From the NCBI GenBank assembly GCA_964016885.1, contig OZ024744.1, positions 79,856,001-79,920,000 of the forward strand: 64,000 bases of DNA. Direction: 5' to 3'. A model generated the notes under the pieces. It was not told the origin of the DNA. It worked only from the letters and a program-made list of their open reading frames with translations, and searched no databases. This DNA comes from Eledone cirrhosa (Eukaryota). This document shows positions 1 through 11,805 of this stretch, piece by piece; within the stretch, counting starts at the first letter, position 1; each line of letters opens with the position of its first letter. The translations under genes were made by a program, and so were the position numbers.

Positions 1-593
1 GGGGTTGGTTATTCCTCTATTTTCAGTGACCACAAATTGCGGTACCGTTGGCTAACTTATCTAAATGATTTTCATCGATATTTTTAACATGGAAACTAGA
101 AAAGGTTGGAAAAATTTAGCTAAATAAACTAATTTGTTTTTAAAAAATGCACATAAAGTTTTACCCAGAACAGAAATGTTCTACTATGATAGGCCTATCA
201 ATATTGCTAAAAACAAACCCTCAAAAGCTTTGTTTCATTATACATAAAACTCCACGAAAAAAGAAAAAAAAAAGTATTTTTTACCAAAACTATAAGAATA
301 CAAGATTAAGAACATAGTGGTGTTGTAGAATGGCCACAGACCACCGACACGAAGAAGTAAATAAGTGTGTGTGTATGTATATATATATATTATTTTACTT
401 GTTTGAGTTATTACATAGCAGCCTTACTTAGTCAACACAGCCTTCATGGGTTTCAATCGTTAATTTCAACTTATTTCAGTCGCCTGTGTATATATTTTAT
501 CGATCTATATTACCGAATCTCTGATGATTTTAACACAAAACCAATTTTGACACCAGTAAATATAAACATAAATATACACATACGTACACTCAT

Positions 594-648
<55 letters not shown>

Positions 649-667
649 CACATGCACACGCTTAAAT

Positions 668-952
668 TAGCGTTTCTCAACTTTTTTGCCCTTGTGGAAT
701 TCTTGAAATAGTTTTTATGTCTCAGGAGACCCCTGCATAAAAACTATTAACGGGTAACGACTTAGTTTTAAATAATATAGGAATTTGAAGCATTTATTAT
801 AATAAATAACGATTTCCCAACAATATGCCGTTCGTGTACAGTAAAATTATGAATATAAAATTAAACAAAAATTACTCAAAAATACATTAGCTTATTTATC
901 AGTTTCTCGCGGAACCCCCTAGCGACCTCTTGCGGGTTCCATTGAAGACACG
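668..952. mobile_element. degenerate hAT (Charlie-like) MITE remnant
   Basis: Left end tagcgtttctcaactttttt resembles the CAGTGTTTCTCAAC TIR; internal gcggaacccc/gggttcc motifs; right end ttgaagacac. Confidence 0.4.
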
Positions 953-1516
953 TTGTGTGTGTGTGTATGTGTGTGCGTGCGTGTCGGGTCATTCTTGAGT
1001 GCTATTGGTAACATGTAACCTAGTACAACCTGTCGCATGGTCGAGTCGTCGGCGACTAAACCGGCAACCCCACCAAGTTTACTTGGTGAGGAGGGTGATT
1101 TTGGACACCCTGCAGGACAAAAAACAAAACCAGACAAAGGGCGGAAGAACTCATTAAGAGTCAACAGCCATCCAAAAGTGTGTAAATATGTATATACACA
1201 TGTACCGCACGGTTAAACCACTGGGAGTGAAGGACACCCCTAACCTTTGTCAGAGCATTCTTCTAGGAGAAGGCAACTCAGGAAACTGGGATAACTCCGA
1301 TATAAAACCTGCGGCTCAGTAGTTACCGATGATGTTGATATTTTCTTCTTTTCGGGTTATAGCTACTGTTGCTCAGAGAGTGGGATTGGCTCAGTGCACA
1401 GTCTTTCCTCACTTTAAAAAATATCTTCACGCACAGTCATTGCACGATAGAATTAATAATTATTGATAATGGTATATCGAGCAATGGCCATACTCGATAA
1501 CGAGGGGGAAGCCATC

Positions 1517-1547
<31 letters not shown>

Positions 1548-1549
<2 letters not shown>

Positions 1550-2326
1550 GTGTATCCCGGCATTCGAGATCCTGGTTATTCGCGGAATTTTCCTTCGAAC
1601 CTAACTAATAATTGTTCGTAGAAGGAAACCACCACATATTCGCGGAATTGTAAATAGCTTCCGCGACTTGTTAATGGCTTTTTTCGTGGCAATATACATA
1701 TTTTCATGCTTTTTAACGCTAAATTATTAATAACTAGTAGAAAAACCACCGTTAGGGTGGTTTTCTGCTAGCATGTGTAGTGTGTATATTCATATTATAC
1801 GCAGGTAGATATGATACATCAAATAAAATCGTAATTGACAATATAAAATACATAGAAATTGAGCAAAGACTACGTTACACTGTCTTATGTAATCAGTAAC
1901 GTAATCCATGATACATTAAAAAAAGACGATATTTTATACAAACTGCATTAGGAGAAAATTAGTATGTTTATTTAAGCGATGGCCAACCGGAAGTGTTGAC
2001 ATTTTAGAAATTTTAAAGAAGTGAATCTTTAAATAAACAAAATGTATTTAATCAATAGCCACGAAATTTAGTAGATAAATTATGTAATATTCATTCATTA
2101 TTTATTCAAAGTAATCCAATTTATTTTACTAATGGGATAAAACATTATAAACCGTACGCAGTCCCGCGCTCCTCCCTTTATTACAGTTTAGATGTACCGT
2201 ATTTGCTGGCCTATATTTTACGTCATGTTTTGACGTTGCTAGGCATTTTTATGGACCACGTCCAATATTCACGGTTTTTCTCTCTTCGCGGGTGTTCTAT
2301 AAATGTAACTCCTGTGAATACCGAGT
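1548..2326. mobile_element. Tigger/pogo-like non-autonomous DNA transposon remnant
   Basis: Starts cagtgtatcccggcattcg with repeated tattcgcgg subterminal motifs; ends ttcgcggg...gtgaataccgag. Confidence 0.4.
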
Positions 2327-2518
2327 GGTGGGGGGATTGGCAGTATCGGTAGAGGGTCAAACGTCATGCTTTGCAGCGTAGAGTTACGGCCCTTTACTGT
2401 CTGGGTTCAAATCCCGCCGAGGTTGACTTTGCCTTTCATCCTTACGGGGTCGATAAAACAAAGTACCAGTAATGCACTGGGATAATTACTGGCCTTGTGC
2501 CAAAAGTAGAAACAATTA
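2327..2518 (+). mobile_element. tRNA-derived SINE, family 1
   Basis: A box tggcagtatcggt, B box ggttcaaatccc, central gcctttcatccttacggggtcgataaaa domain, 3' end agtagaaacaatta. Confidence 0.85.
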
Positions 2519-2545
2519 TCATTCATCGTCATTATGTCAACTTTT

Positions 2546-2735
2546 GGCGGTGGATTGGCAGTATCGGTAGAGGGTCGGACGCCATGCTTTGACGCATAGA
2601 GTTACGGCCCTTGCCATTCTGAGTTCAAATCCCGCCGAGGTTAACTTTGCCTTTCATTCTTATGGGGTTGATAAAATAAAGTACCAGTAATGTACTGGGT
2701 AATTGCTGGCCTTGTGCCAAAAGTAGAAACAATTA
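2546..2735 (+). mobile_element. tRNA-derived SINE, family 1, with TSD
   Basis: Full copy; 12-bp direct repeat attatgtcaact at 2531-2542 and 2732-2743. Confidence 0.9.
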
Positions 2736-2927
2736 TGTCAACTGTTCCATACTTGTATGAGCAGGTTGGGACTTTTTGAGGATTTTTTTTTTTTTTTTAC
2801 AGCCTTTAGTTGCATCTCCAGACACGCAAAGATGCGGTAGTACCAATTCTAAACCGGATGCGTAATTCTATAAAGTAGGGGGTTACAGATTAAAGGGTTT
2901 ATATATGGTTAGAATGCTTAAGGAAAT

Positions 2928-3118
2928 AATTGTTTCTACTATTGGCACAAGGCCAGCAATTACCCAGTACATTACTGGTACTTTATTTTATCGACCCCCG
3001 TAAGGATGAAAGGCAAAGTTAACCTCGGCGGGATTTGAACTCAGAATGGAAAGGGATGTAACTCTTTGCGTCAAAGCATGGCGTCCGACCCTCTACCGAT
3101 ACTGCCAATTCACCGCCC
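2928..3118 (-). mobile_element. tRNA-derived SINE, family 1
   Basis: Reverse complement of family 1; imperfect TSD atgcttaaggaaataat / atgcttgacgaaataat. Confidence 0.9.
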
Positions 3119-3136
3119 TATGCTTGACGAAATAAT

Positions 3137-3345
3137 AGCTGGACAGATGTTACGGGTAAAACCAAGTGGCAGGAGACCCAGAGGTAGAACAAATGCGAGA
3201 TGGTTGGATAACATCCATGAACTCGGTTCGTCTTGCTAGGGGATCTAGCCAGATCAACTGAAAACGGTTGCTCCATATGGGACCCTCTGGAGTGTGCGTC
3301 TGAGAACTGCCCTCATGACTCTCCCATGAAAAAGTGAGCGAAAAA
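3137..3345 (+). mobile_element. RTE LINE 3' fragment (Expander/Rex3-like family D), degenerate
   Basis: Reads KPSGRRPRGRT..RWLDNI..LGSSC.GI; homologous to 9190-9530 and 47435-47700. Confidence 0.65.
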
Positions 3346-3483
3346 TGTGTGTGGGTGTGTATGACTGGGGTTGTATATTGCATCATATACGAAACGATCA
3401 TATAAATAAACATTTTTATGGTCCTGTTATGAATTTTAGAAGTGATGAATTTCACTACAGGTCTTTAGGTCCCCAACAAATAA

Positions 3484-3710
3484 ACCAGTCACTGAGAGGT
3501 CACAGAATGTGTGTCGAAAGAGCTTTGACAATAAATAAACAACCATCCGGTTATTGAACCAACCAACCGGAAATTTGTAATAAATTGAAGCGAAAATCAA
3601 CAGATGTGTGTGTTTTTATAGGCAGCATGACCCGCCCAAAGTATAACAATAACTGTTTCAACACACGTTTTTAGATAAGAATTCTTGCAAAACAAATTAA
3701 AAAAACGAAG
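3484..3710 (+). mobile_element. Penelope-like pLTR-type repeat with degenerate hammerhead motif
   Basis: Homologous to 35601-36168; gtca-ctgagag-gtcaca..gtgtc-gaaa-gagctt-tgac at 3488-3529; ends in (TA)n. Confidence 0.55.
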
Positions 3711-3750
3711 TATATATATATATATTAGAATTGGTGCTCTGAAATAGCGA

Positions 3751-3987
3751 TATATATATATATGAATGTATATATAGTGTATTTTGCAATACACTGTATG
3801 CTTAATTAAAAGCATTTCGAAGACCTTACGCTATTGTTTTAGGGTAGTGACAGTCTCACTTACTTTAAATTTTCAGAAGTGAGACTGTCACTACTCTAAA
3901 ACAATAGCGTAAGGTCTTCGAAATGCTTTTAATTAAGCATACAGTGTATTGCAAAATACACTATATATACATTCATATATATATATA
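3751..3987. repeat. long palindrome (about 111-bp arms, 15-bp spacer) flanked by (TA)n
   Basis: 3751-3861 is the reverse complement of 3877-3987 with one visible mismatch. Confidence 0.95.
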
Positions 3988-4409
3988 TAAAACACTCAAA
4001 CCTTTATTATGTAACTCCCAACATTGTAGAATTATTTAAAACTAATTAATTTTCTCCCACCACCATCCACCCTCTTCCTTTGTTTTCTTTTTTTCCACCT
4101 GCCCACTCTCACTTATAGAAGACAAAAAAAAACAAAACAGGCTCACACACAAACAAATAACGGTAAAAAAATAAAAAGAGGAAAAAAAACAAAATTGAAT
4201 AAGGCCCATCAAATAGTTAAGAATTGCGCCTGAATTTGTCTGAGATATGAAGAGACATGGCAACAGGAAACAATATGTGTTTGTGTGTGGGGGGGGGGGG
4301 GGGGGGGGGATTTTTTTTTTAAAGTAAGAATATCAGAGTGTGTGTGTGTGTGTGCAGTTGAGGTCAATTATATAGTAGTAGGGTGTTTATAAGTGTGGAG
4401 AGAGGATGT

Positions 4410-4800
4410 AGCTACGGTTGAAGAGTCTTATGTCTGTCTATGAGAGAGAGGAAGAGAGACGGGGGAGAATAAGAGTAAGAAAGAGGAAGAGGGAAAGGGT
4501 AAATGAGTGAGAAAGTAAGAGTAAAACAGAAAGATAGGAGAGACAAGAGAGAGAGAGGGGGAGGCGGGAGAATAGAGGGTAAGTGAGAGAGTGAATGAGA
4601 ATGAAGGAGTGAGAGTGAGAAAGTAAGAGTAAAAGAGGAGAGTGAGACAGGGGGTTGACAGTGAGAACTTAAGAGTAAGAAAGATAGAGAAAGAGGGTGA
4701 GAATGAAGGAGTGATGGCGATAATGAAAGAGAGAGAGAAACAGAAAAAGGACTGATGGAGAGAGAGAGAGAGAGAAAACAAAGACAGAGAGATAGACAGT
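4410..4800. repeat. GA-rich low-complexity region
   Basis: Purine-rich degenerate (GA)n/gagtaa repeats. Confidence 0.8.
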
Positions 4801-4929
4801 AATAGCTGGACAAGCAAAATACAGAAATACTTTAGTTATTTATTAATAAAAATGTTAACCCAATGTAGCAACAACAACAACAACAACAGCAGCAACATTA
4901 TGACAGCCAATCCACTAATCAATAGGTTA

Positions 4930-5384
4930 GTGGATTGGCAGTATCGGTAGAGGGTCGGACGCCATGCTTTGCAGCAAAGAGTTACGGCCCTTTATGGTCT
5001 GAGTTCAAATCCCGCCGAGGTTAACTTTGCTTTTCATCCTTATGGAGTCGATAAAATAAAGTACCAGTAATACACTGAGTATTTTCTGGCCTTGTGCCAA
5101 AAAAAAGTAGAAACAATTATGACAGCCAATCATGTGGAAAAAAAAAGCAGTTGACTAATCTATATGATATTAAGAGCGATGGTATGGCAGAACGGTAGAG
5201 CGTCAGACACCCTGCTTTGCGGCATAGAGTTATGGCTCTTAACGTTCTGAGTTCCCGCCGAGGTTAACTTTGCCTTTCATCCTTACGGAGTCGATAAAAT
5301 GAAGTACCAGTAACGCACTGGGGTCGAATTAAACAACTTTCCCCTCTAAATTGTTAGCCTTGTGACTAAATCAGAAATCATTAT
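4930..5384 (+). mobile_element. two family-1 SINE copies (4930-5120; 5176-5384)
   Basis: A/B boxes and central domain; first copy has TSD attatgacagccaatc (4897-4912, 5117-5132). Confidence 0.85.
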
Positions 5385-5537
5385 AAGAGCAGTGCCTGAC
5401 TGTCTGTTACTCTGTCCATCGCCCTCACTTTAAATAGAGAGAGAAGAGGGAACGCCGCCGCGTGTTTTTGAGATGACAGAATGTTACGACGTTGCCCTCA
5501 TTTATATAGAGAGAGGGGGAGCACCAAGCGAGAGATG

Positions 5538-5705
5538 TCATCATCATCATCACCGTTTTACGTCCGTTCTTCCACGCTAGCATGGGTTGGACGGATTGTC
5601 CTGTTGTGGGCAGTGTCCACAATGTCTGACATGTCCATACCAACGCAGCCTCCTCTCCTGCACACAGCATTTGATTCCTCTTATACTCAGTCGAACGCAG
5701 CATAT
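5538..5705 (-). mobile_element. internally deleted RTE 3' fragment
   Basis: Minus strand reads IRGIKCCVQERRLRWYGHV joined directly to the cccatgctagcgtgg...ggacgtaaaacg(gat)n tail. Confidence 0.8.
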
Positions 5706-5825
5706 TTTCAATATGGCAGAATATTACGATGTCACCCTCATCTATACAGGGAGATTGGGAGGAGGGGCACTAAGTGAGAGATATGTACACAGATAGAGAG
5801 AGAAAAGGGAACTCTGTGTGTTTTC

Positions 5826-6345
5826 GAGGTGACAGAAAGAGGTAGATAGACAGAAAGTTATGACGTTGCCCTCATCTATATATAGAGAGATGGGGGAGGG
5901 GACAACATGTGTTTCGAGGTGACAGAAAGAGGTAGATAGACAGAAAGTTATGATGTTGCCCTCATCTATATATAGAGAGATGTGGGAGGGGACAACATGT
6001 GTTTTTGAGGTGACAGAAAGAGGTAGATAGACAGAAAGTTATGATGTTGCCCTCATCTATATATAGAGAGATGTGGGAGGGGACAACATGTGTTTTTGAG
6101 GTGACAGAAAGAGGTAGATAGACAGAAAGTTATGATGTTGCCCTCATCTATATAGAGAGATGTGGGAGGGGACAACATGTGTTTTCGAGGTGTCAGAAAG
6201 AGATAGATAGGCAGAAAGTTATGACGTTGCCCTCATCTATATATAGAGAGATGGGGGAGGGGACAACATGTGTTTTCGAGGTGACAGAAAGAGATAGATA
6301 GACAGAAAGTTATGACGTTGCCCTCATCTATATAGAGATGGGGCA
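5826..6345. repeat. minisatellite, about 90-bp unit x6
   Basis: Unit gaggtgacagaaagaggtagatagacagaaagttatga(c/t)gttgccctcatctatatatagagagatg(g/t)gggaggggacaacatgtgtttt; older partial units at 5465-5800. Confidence 0.95.
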
Positions 6346-6544
6346 GCGCCAAGCGAAAGAGATGTACATAAATAAAGAAAGAATAGGAACGTCATTTGTT
6401 TAGAGAGAAAAGGTGTGTGTGTGTGGGTGGGTGTGTGTGACAGAAAGAGAGGTAAAGATGGCGCTCTCATCTAGTAATAATAATATCACATGACTAATGG
6501 TGTGATAATTACAATATCAACTCAGCTTAATCTTATTTTAATGT

Positions 6545-7190
6545 AATGGGCTTCTGCCAGTTTCAACTATGAGCATTCCAGTTGGTCTATCAACTGAACA
6601 GTCTGCTCATGAGATTTACATGTAAGTGGTTGAACATTCCAGACAGATATGTGTACATTTAACACAATTCTCAGGGAGATTCAGCGTGACGTGGGTATGT
6701 CTATGTGGGAGACAAGACTGGGCTCTTTGGATAACAGATACAGTCCATCTGACAGGCTTCCAAACAGTTTCTGTCTACCCAATTTCACTGACTCACAATA
6801 CATTCACCATAGCCTCAAGTTGAGGCTATGGTGAATCCAAGATGTTATGCAGTGAGGATCAAACCCAGAGGACTAATGATTACGACCATGTTGCATCCAC
6901 ATCTAAATAATATATAAAAGTGTGTGTGCATGTGTGTTTATGTCTTTCTTAATATGTGAAGACACATCGTTTAGTGGTTAGCATGTTTAGCTCATTATCG
7001 TAAAGTTGTGAGTCTGATTCTAAGCAATGTGTTGTGTCCTTGAGCAAGACACTTTATTCTATGCTGCTCCAGTTCACCCAGCAGGTAAAAACAAAAAAAG
7101 AGTTGTACCTGTAGTTCAAAAAGCTAAGCCTTGTTATACATCATGTCATGCTGAATCTCCCTGAGAACTATGTTAAGGTTACAATGGTAC
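6545..7190. mobile_element. two divergent tRNA/CORE-type SINEs, family 2 (6545-6900 -, 6955-7190 +)
   Basis: ttagtggttag head, gtgtccttgagcaagacactt CORE-like motif, ctgaatctccctgaga segment. Confidence 0.65.
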
Positions 7191-7496
7191 ACTTGATGCT
7201 GGAAGTGGCAGAGACCTAACATCTTAATATATAAAAGTGACTGTGTATATGTGTGTGTGTATATATATATATTTATGTTCTAAATTGTATGTGATAGTTT
7301 TACTTATAGGTGGTTGTCTCAAGGGCACAACAGCCTCCATTAGTGTTGATCTTATAATAAACTGCGCCTAGTACATCCTGGAAAGTGTAAAAATGTATGT
7401 AAGCAAAACACAGCCCTTAGCCAGTCTGATTGGGTGCTGATCCACCCAACCTATGCTAACATCGTAAAAAAAAAAAAAAAAAAAAAAAAAGGATGT

Positions 7497-7701
7497 TAAT
7501 CCCTTTCAAACCCAAACTGCCTGAAATTGCCACTGGTTCTACAATTCAAAACTCTTTATTTTAAAAGTGTCTATATTTATCTTAAAGTTTTCCACCATAA
7601 TTTTATGTAAAAACGTTTGTCAAATTTTTGATTATTTTCAACAATTATTTGAAAATCATAGGTGGTGTCTTTCATTAGGAATATGGTAACAAAAGGGTTA
7701 A
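7497..7701. mobile_element. piggyBac-like MITE
   Basis: ttaatccctttc ... aaaagggttaa termini (TTAA target, CCC/GGG TIR); related pieces at 22826-23796, 33050-33230, 59691-59915, 62460-62660. Confidence 0.45.
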
Positions 7702-8094
7702 TTGGTGTTACTGCTGTTGCTGATTATGATGTAGCTGAAATTCTTCATAGAGGAAAAAAGAAAAACATTATTTAAGTAAGGTTGCAGGAAGTTATGTAAC
7801 ATTTTGAAATTTTCTAAAATAATATTGTTTTCTGAAAAAAAACTTTTTTTTGTTTCTTTTTTTTTTTCTGAGCAATCTTCAACTTTAGCTCTATCACAAA
7901 GAGTCCCACATCTTCACACTTAGGACAGGAATTCTTTGATCTGAATAGAATGTTGATATAGTTTTTAAACACCTTATCATCTTGGAGAATCAGATGTTCA
8001 TCTCCCATGTCCTCCTTAATCAGCATAACATTTATTTTGTTCATTTGTATGTAGGTTTTCTTTCAAGTCATAAGGATGAGAGAACTGTTTAGTT

Positions 8095-8820
8095 GTGTGT
8101 CAAAAACATGACGACCTCCCCTGTGTTAGTATCACAATAAAATGCACCCAGTACACTCTGTAAAGTGGTTGGTGATAGGAAAGATATCCAGCTGTAGAAA
8201 CCATTCCCAAAAGGGTTTCAGTTGTATAAAGAGCATGACAACCCCCTAGTGCTAGTGCCATGATAAAATGCACCCAGTACATCCTGTAATGTCGTTGGTA
8301 ATAAGAAGGGCAACCAGCTATAGAAACCATGTCAAATAAAGAGTTGAGAGGACTCTTTGGTTGTCTTAAGGACATGACTACCTCCCGACTGTTAGTGTCA
8401 CAATAAAATGCACCCAGTACACTCTGTAAAGTGGTTGATGATATAAGATATCCAGCTATAGAAAACATGCCAAACAAAGGGTAGAAAGCACTTTTTTGTG
8501 TGTCAAGGGCATGGCAACTTTTCTAGTGAGGACACAATAAAATGTACCCTATACACTCTGTAAAGAGGTTTGTGATACTTGCCAAACAAACGGTAAAGAA
8601 AACCATATGTTGTGTCAAGAACATGATCACCTTCTGCTGTTGGTGGCATGATACAATGCATCCATTACACACTGTAATGAGGTTGGTGATAGGAAGGGCA
8701 TCCAGATGTAAAAATCATTCCAAACAAAGAATTGAGAGGACTCTTCAGTTATGTCAAGGATATAACAACCTGTCCAATGCTGGTGCTATGATAAAATACA
8801 CCCAGTGCACTCTGTAGAGT
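8095..8820 (+). repeat. decayed tandem array (about 130-bp unit, 5-6 copies) of a SINE/RTE-3'UTR domain
   Basis: Repeated ataaaatgcacccagtacactctgtaaagtggttggtgataggaagggcatccagctgtagaaacc. Confidence 0.8.
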
Positions 8821-9189
8821 GAGGAAACATATGTGAGATGAGGTGCCAGCCCACCTGAGAGATGAGTGGCTTCTGTCAAATACTGACTGTGATGAACTGT
8901 CAAACACTTGCTAGCAGGGAAAGTAGACATTAAGTGATGATGATGATGATGATGAAATCTGCCAGACATTGATTCTTTCTTCCAACCATCCCTAAAGTTC
9001 AGACAATACATAGTATTTGGTATTCCTGCCAACCCTTACCTATGGTCATGAATCTTGAGTAACAACCGAAAGAATACAATCACGAATACAAATGGTCAAA
9101 ATGGGGTTCCCCTAAAGGGTCTTTGCAGTAATATTACTCAATAGAGTGTGTAGCTCAGAGGGTCACTCCAGGTAGAGCCACTACTTCTC

Positions 9190-9530
9190 CAAATTGAGAG
9201 ATCACGGCTCTGATACTATGGACATGTGGTTAGAATGTCTCAGGAATGAATCACGGGTCAGATTTTACAGGCGAAACCAACCGGCAGGAGACCCAGAGCA
9301 AGATGGTTGGATAATATCCATGCGCTTGGCTGGTCTCACTTGGGGATCCATCCATATCAGTTGGAAATGGTTTCTTCTGACAGGACCCACTGGAAGGAGT
9401 GTTTGAGGACTCTGCCTCCACAACCCTCTCAGGAATAAGTGGGAGAAAAAGAAGAAGAAGAACGAGAAGAAGAAGAAGAAGAAAGAAGAAAAAGGAGAAG
9501 AAAAAGAAGAAAAAGAAAAGAAGAAAAAGA
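9190..9530 (+). mobile_element. RTE LINE 3' end (family D) with (GAA)n tail
   Basis: YGHVVRMSQE..QILQAKPTGRRPR..RWLDNI..LGI..QLEMVSSDRTHWKECLRTLPPQP followed by (gaa)n. Confidence 0.75.
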
Positions 9531-9803
9531 AGTGACCTCAGCCATCAATCACCTTCAAATGATAACAATGAGGATTTCTAATTTAGACAAGACCAACAAT
9601 TTGGGAGGAGAAGAAATTCAATTAAATTCACCCTAATGATTGGTATTTTATTTTATTAACCCTGGAATCATGAAAAGCAAAATTAACCTTGGCAGGATTT
9701 GATCTCAGAATATAAAGAGGTGGAAGTAAATGCTACAAAATATTTTGTTTGGTGCTAAATCTTGGACAAGGTTACAAAGATTAATTAGAAAACTGAAATT
9801 TAC

Positions 9804-9892
9804 CTGAGATGCAGTAGAACCCTTTAAGCTTGAAATACTTCCAGATCGTACTGAAGTCTTTGATCCAAAAGATTTTTTCTGAGTTGTTGCAT
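9804..9892 (-). CDS. candidate internal exon of an unidentified host gene (Ser-rich, xATTQKKSFGSKTSVRSGSISSLKGSTASQ)
   Basis: Acceptor ctgttccag, donor CAG/gtaaat, 89 bp, open frame, non-repetitive sequence. Confidence 0.4.
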
Positions 9893-9899
9893 CTGGAAC

Positions 9900-10383
9900 A
9901 GATTTAAGACATGTTGTAAATGTTTAAGATATATTGCAAATATTTAAGACAAGTTGTAAATATGTAAAACAGGTTGTAAAATGTAAAACAGGTTGTAAAT
10001 GTTTAAGATATGTTGTAAATGTTTAAGATATGTTGTAAATGTTTAAGATATGTTGTAAATGTTTAAGATATGTTGCATATGTTTAAGATATGTTGCATAT
10101 GTTTAAGATATGTTGTAAATGTTTAAGATATGTTGTAAATGTTTAAGATATGTTGTAAATGTTTAAGATATGTTGTAAATGTTTAAGATATGTTGTAAAT
10201 GTTTAAGACTGGTTACAAATATTTAAGACTGTTTGCAAATGTTTAAGATTTGTTGTAGATGCTTAAGACTGGTTGCAAATGTTTAAGACTGTTTGCAAAT
10301 GTTTAAGATTTGTTATAGATGCTTAAGACTGGTTGCAAATGTTTAAGAGAAGTTGTAAATGCTTAAGACTGGTTGTAAATATT
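9900..10383. repeat. 20-bp minisatellite
   Basis: (atgtttaagatatgttgtaa)n, roughly two dozen units. Confidence 0.95.
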
Positions 10384-11124
10384 TGAAAAAAAAAAGAAGA
10401 AAAAAAGGAAATTGTAGGTATTGTTAGACTGATGTCCGCTGTATATCTGAACAACTGAAAATAAAACATTTCAGAGTTTTATAATCTGTTTAGCCATAGA
10501 CTTGATCTGAGATGGTGCATTGAAGCTGAAGAGATTACATCATTGAGAGTGGTGGTAGATATTTGAGAACACAGTGTATGGACTTAAATGTGAAGGAGAG
10601 AGAGAGTGGTAGAGGTTTACTTGATTATCAAGTCACTTGATTGTGATTGTGTGTTCAAACTGACACAATTTCATTGTGAAATAAAGATGTTAACCATTTT
10701 ATATTATGCATACCCCCCCCCCCCCCCACACACACACCTATCACCAAGACCAACAACAACAACCATCACTACCATACACACAAACACACACAAAGCTACA
10801 ATATATTGTTATATTCACTTTTATTTTATGACTGTGATGTATATTATGAAGTGTGAAAAGTCTTTTGCTGTACATTGTAGAACAAATATAGAAATATTCT
10901 AAATAAATGTATAATAGTTTTGGTAGGTTCAAAGAACACTCTTTTAACATCCTGTAACACATGAAACCGCATTGTTAGCAAGTCATTCTTGGAAATATAC
11001 AAAACAAAATAATACTATGACTGTATCACATTAAATATTAAATTCTTTACATTAGTTTATGCAAATTTTCACAATGATCTGTACACTAGTAAAGATATTA
11101 TACACATTTGAATTAATAGACCAC

Positions 11125-11298
11125 TTAAATGTGGTTCGTGTTAGGAAGGGCATCCAGCTGTAAAAAACCCGGCCAAGTTTACAGTCCTTTCATAGCAAAG
11201 TATGGTGTGGCCAATCTTGGCCAGACTTGTCTCTCGACACGGACAACAATCTGACCCATGCAAGCATAGGAAAATGGACGTTAAACGATGATGATGAT
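11125..11298 (+). mobile_element. SINE/RTE 3' fragment
   Basis: ttaggaagggcatccagctgtaaaa ... cccatgcaagcatagg..ggacgttaaac(gat)n. Confidence 0.75.
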
Positions 11299-11484
11299 TG
11301 TAAGCAAGACATTCTTAAAAAGTACAAAACAGTACTGTGACTGCATAACATTAAATATCAAAACAAATTTTCACAAAGATCTGGGCATTAGTAATGATAC
11401 CATGAAAATCAGAATTAACAAACCTGTTTTTTAAGAAATTTTCTATTAAATCATTACAAAATGTTAAGAATTAAATAAACAAAA

Positions 11485-11625
11485 TGGAATTTGGAATGTT
11501 GAAATCCAAACAAATTTACTTGACACCATTCCAAGGGCTCCAACTACTACATTCACTATTTCTACTTTTTTTCATTTGCTATAATGTGGTAACTTCCCAT
11601 TTGAGATTCTCCCACTTGTTTATAA
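11485..11625 (-). pseudogene. R4/Dong-clade non-LTR retrotransposon C-terminal (RLE region) fragment
   Basis: Minus strand reads KWENLKWEVTTL*QMKKVEIVNVVVGALGMV, matching the KY.DL..E...W.M..V.VVPVVVGALG motif. Confidence 0.55.
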
Positions 11626-11659
11626 AACCTGTTGTATTATTAAGGACTAGTATCAGTAG

Positions 11660-11805
11660 AGGGCGGCAAATTGGCAGAGTCGTTAGAACGTCGGATAGAA
11701 TGCTTTGTTGTATTTATTTTGGTTCTCTGCTCTCAGAGTTCAACTTTGCCTTTAATTCATTCATGGTCGATAAAAAAAGCACCAGTGAAGTACTGGAGTC
11801 GATTC
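11660..11805 (+). mobile_element. divergent family-1-like SINE
   Basis: tggcagagtcgttaga head; ctttgcctttaattc..ggtcgataaaa..accagt. Confidence 0.65.

Noticed and set aside
1200-1520. GC-richer segment resembling an RTE 5'UTR relic (tctaggagaaggcaactc)
   Set aside because: Single short motif with no second copy in the window to support it
2546-2640. tRNA genes at SINE heads
   Set aside because: A/B boxes are present but there is no complete cloverleaf; the heads continue into SINE bodies with TSDs
7814-8044. 76-aa minus-strand ORF with CxxC
   Set aside because: Ends in a poly-A-derived tract, with no recognisable domain or splice context
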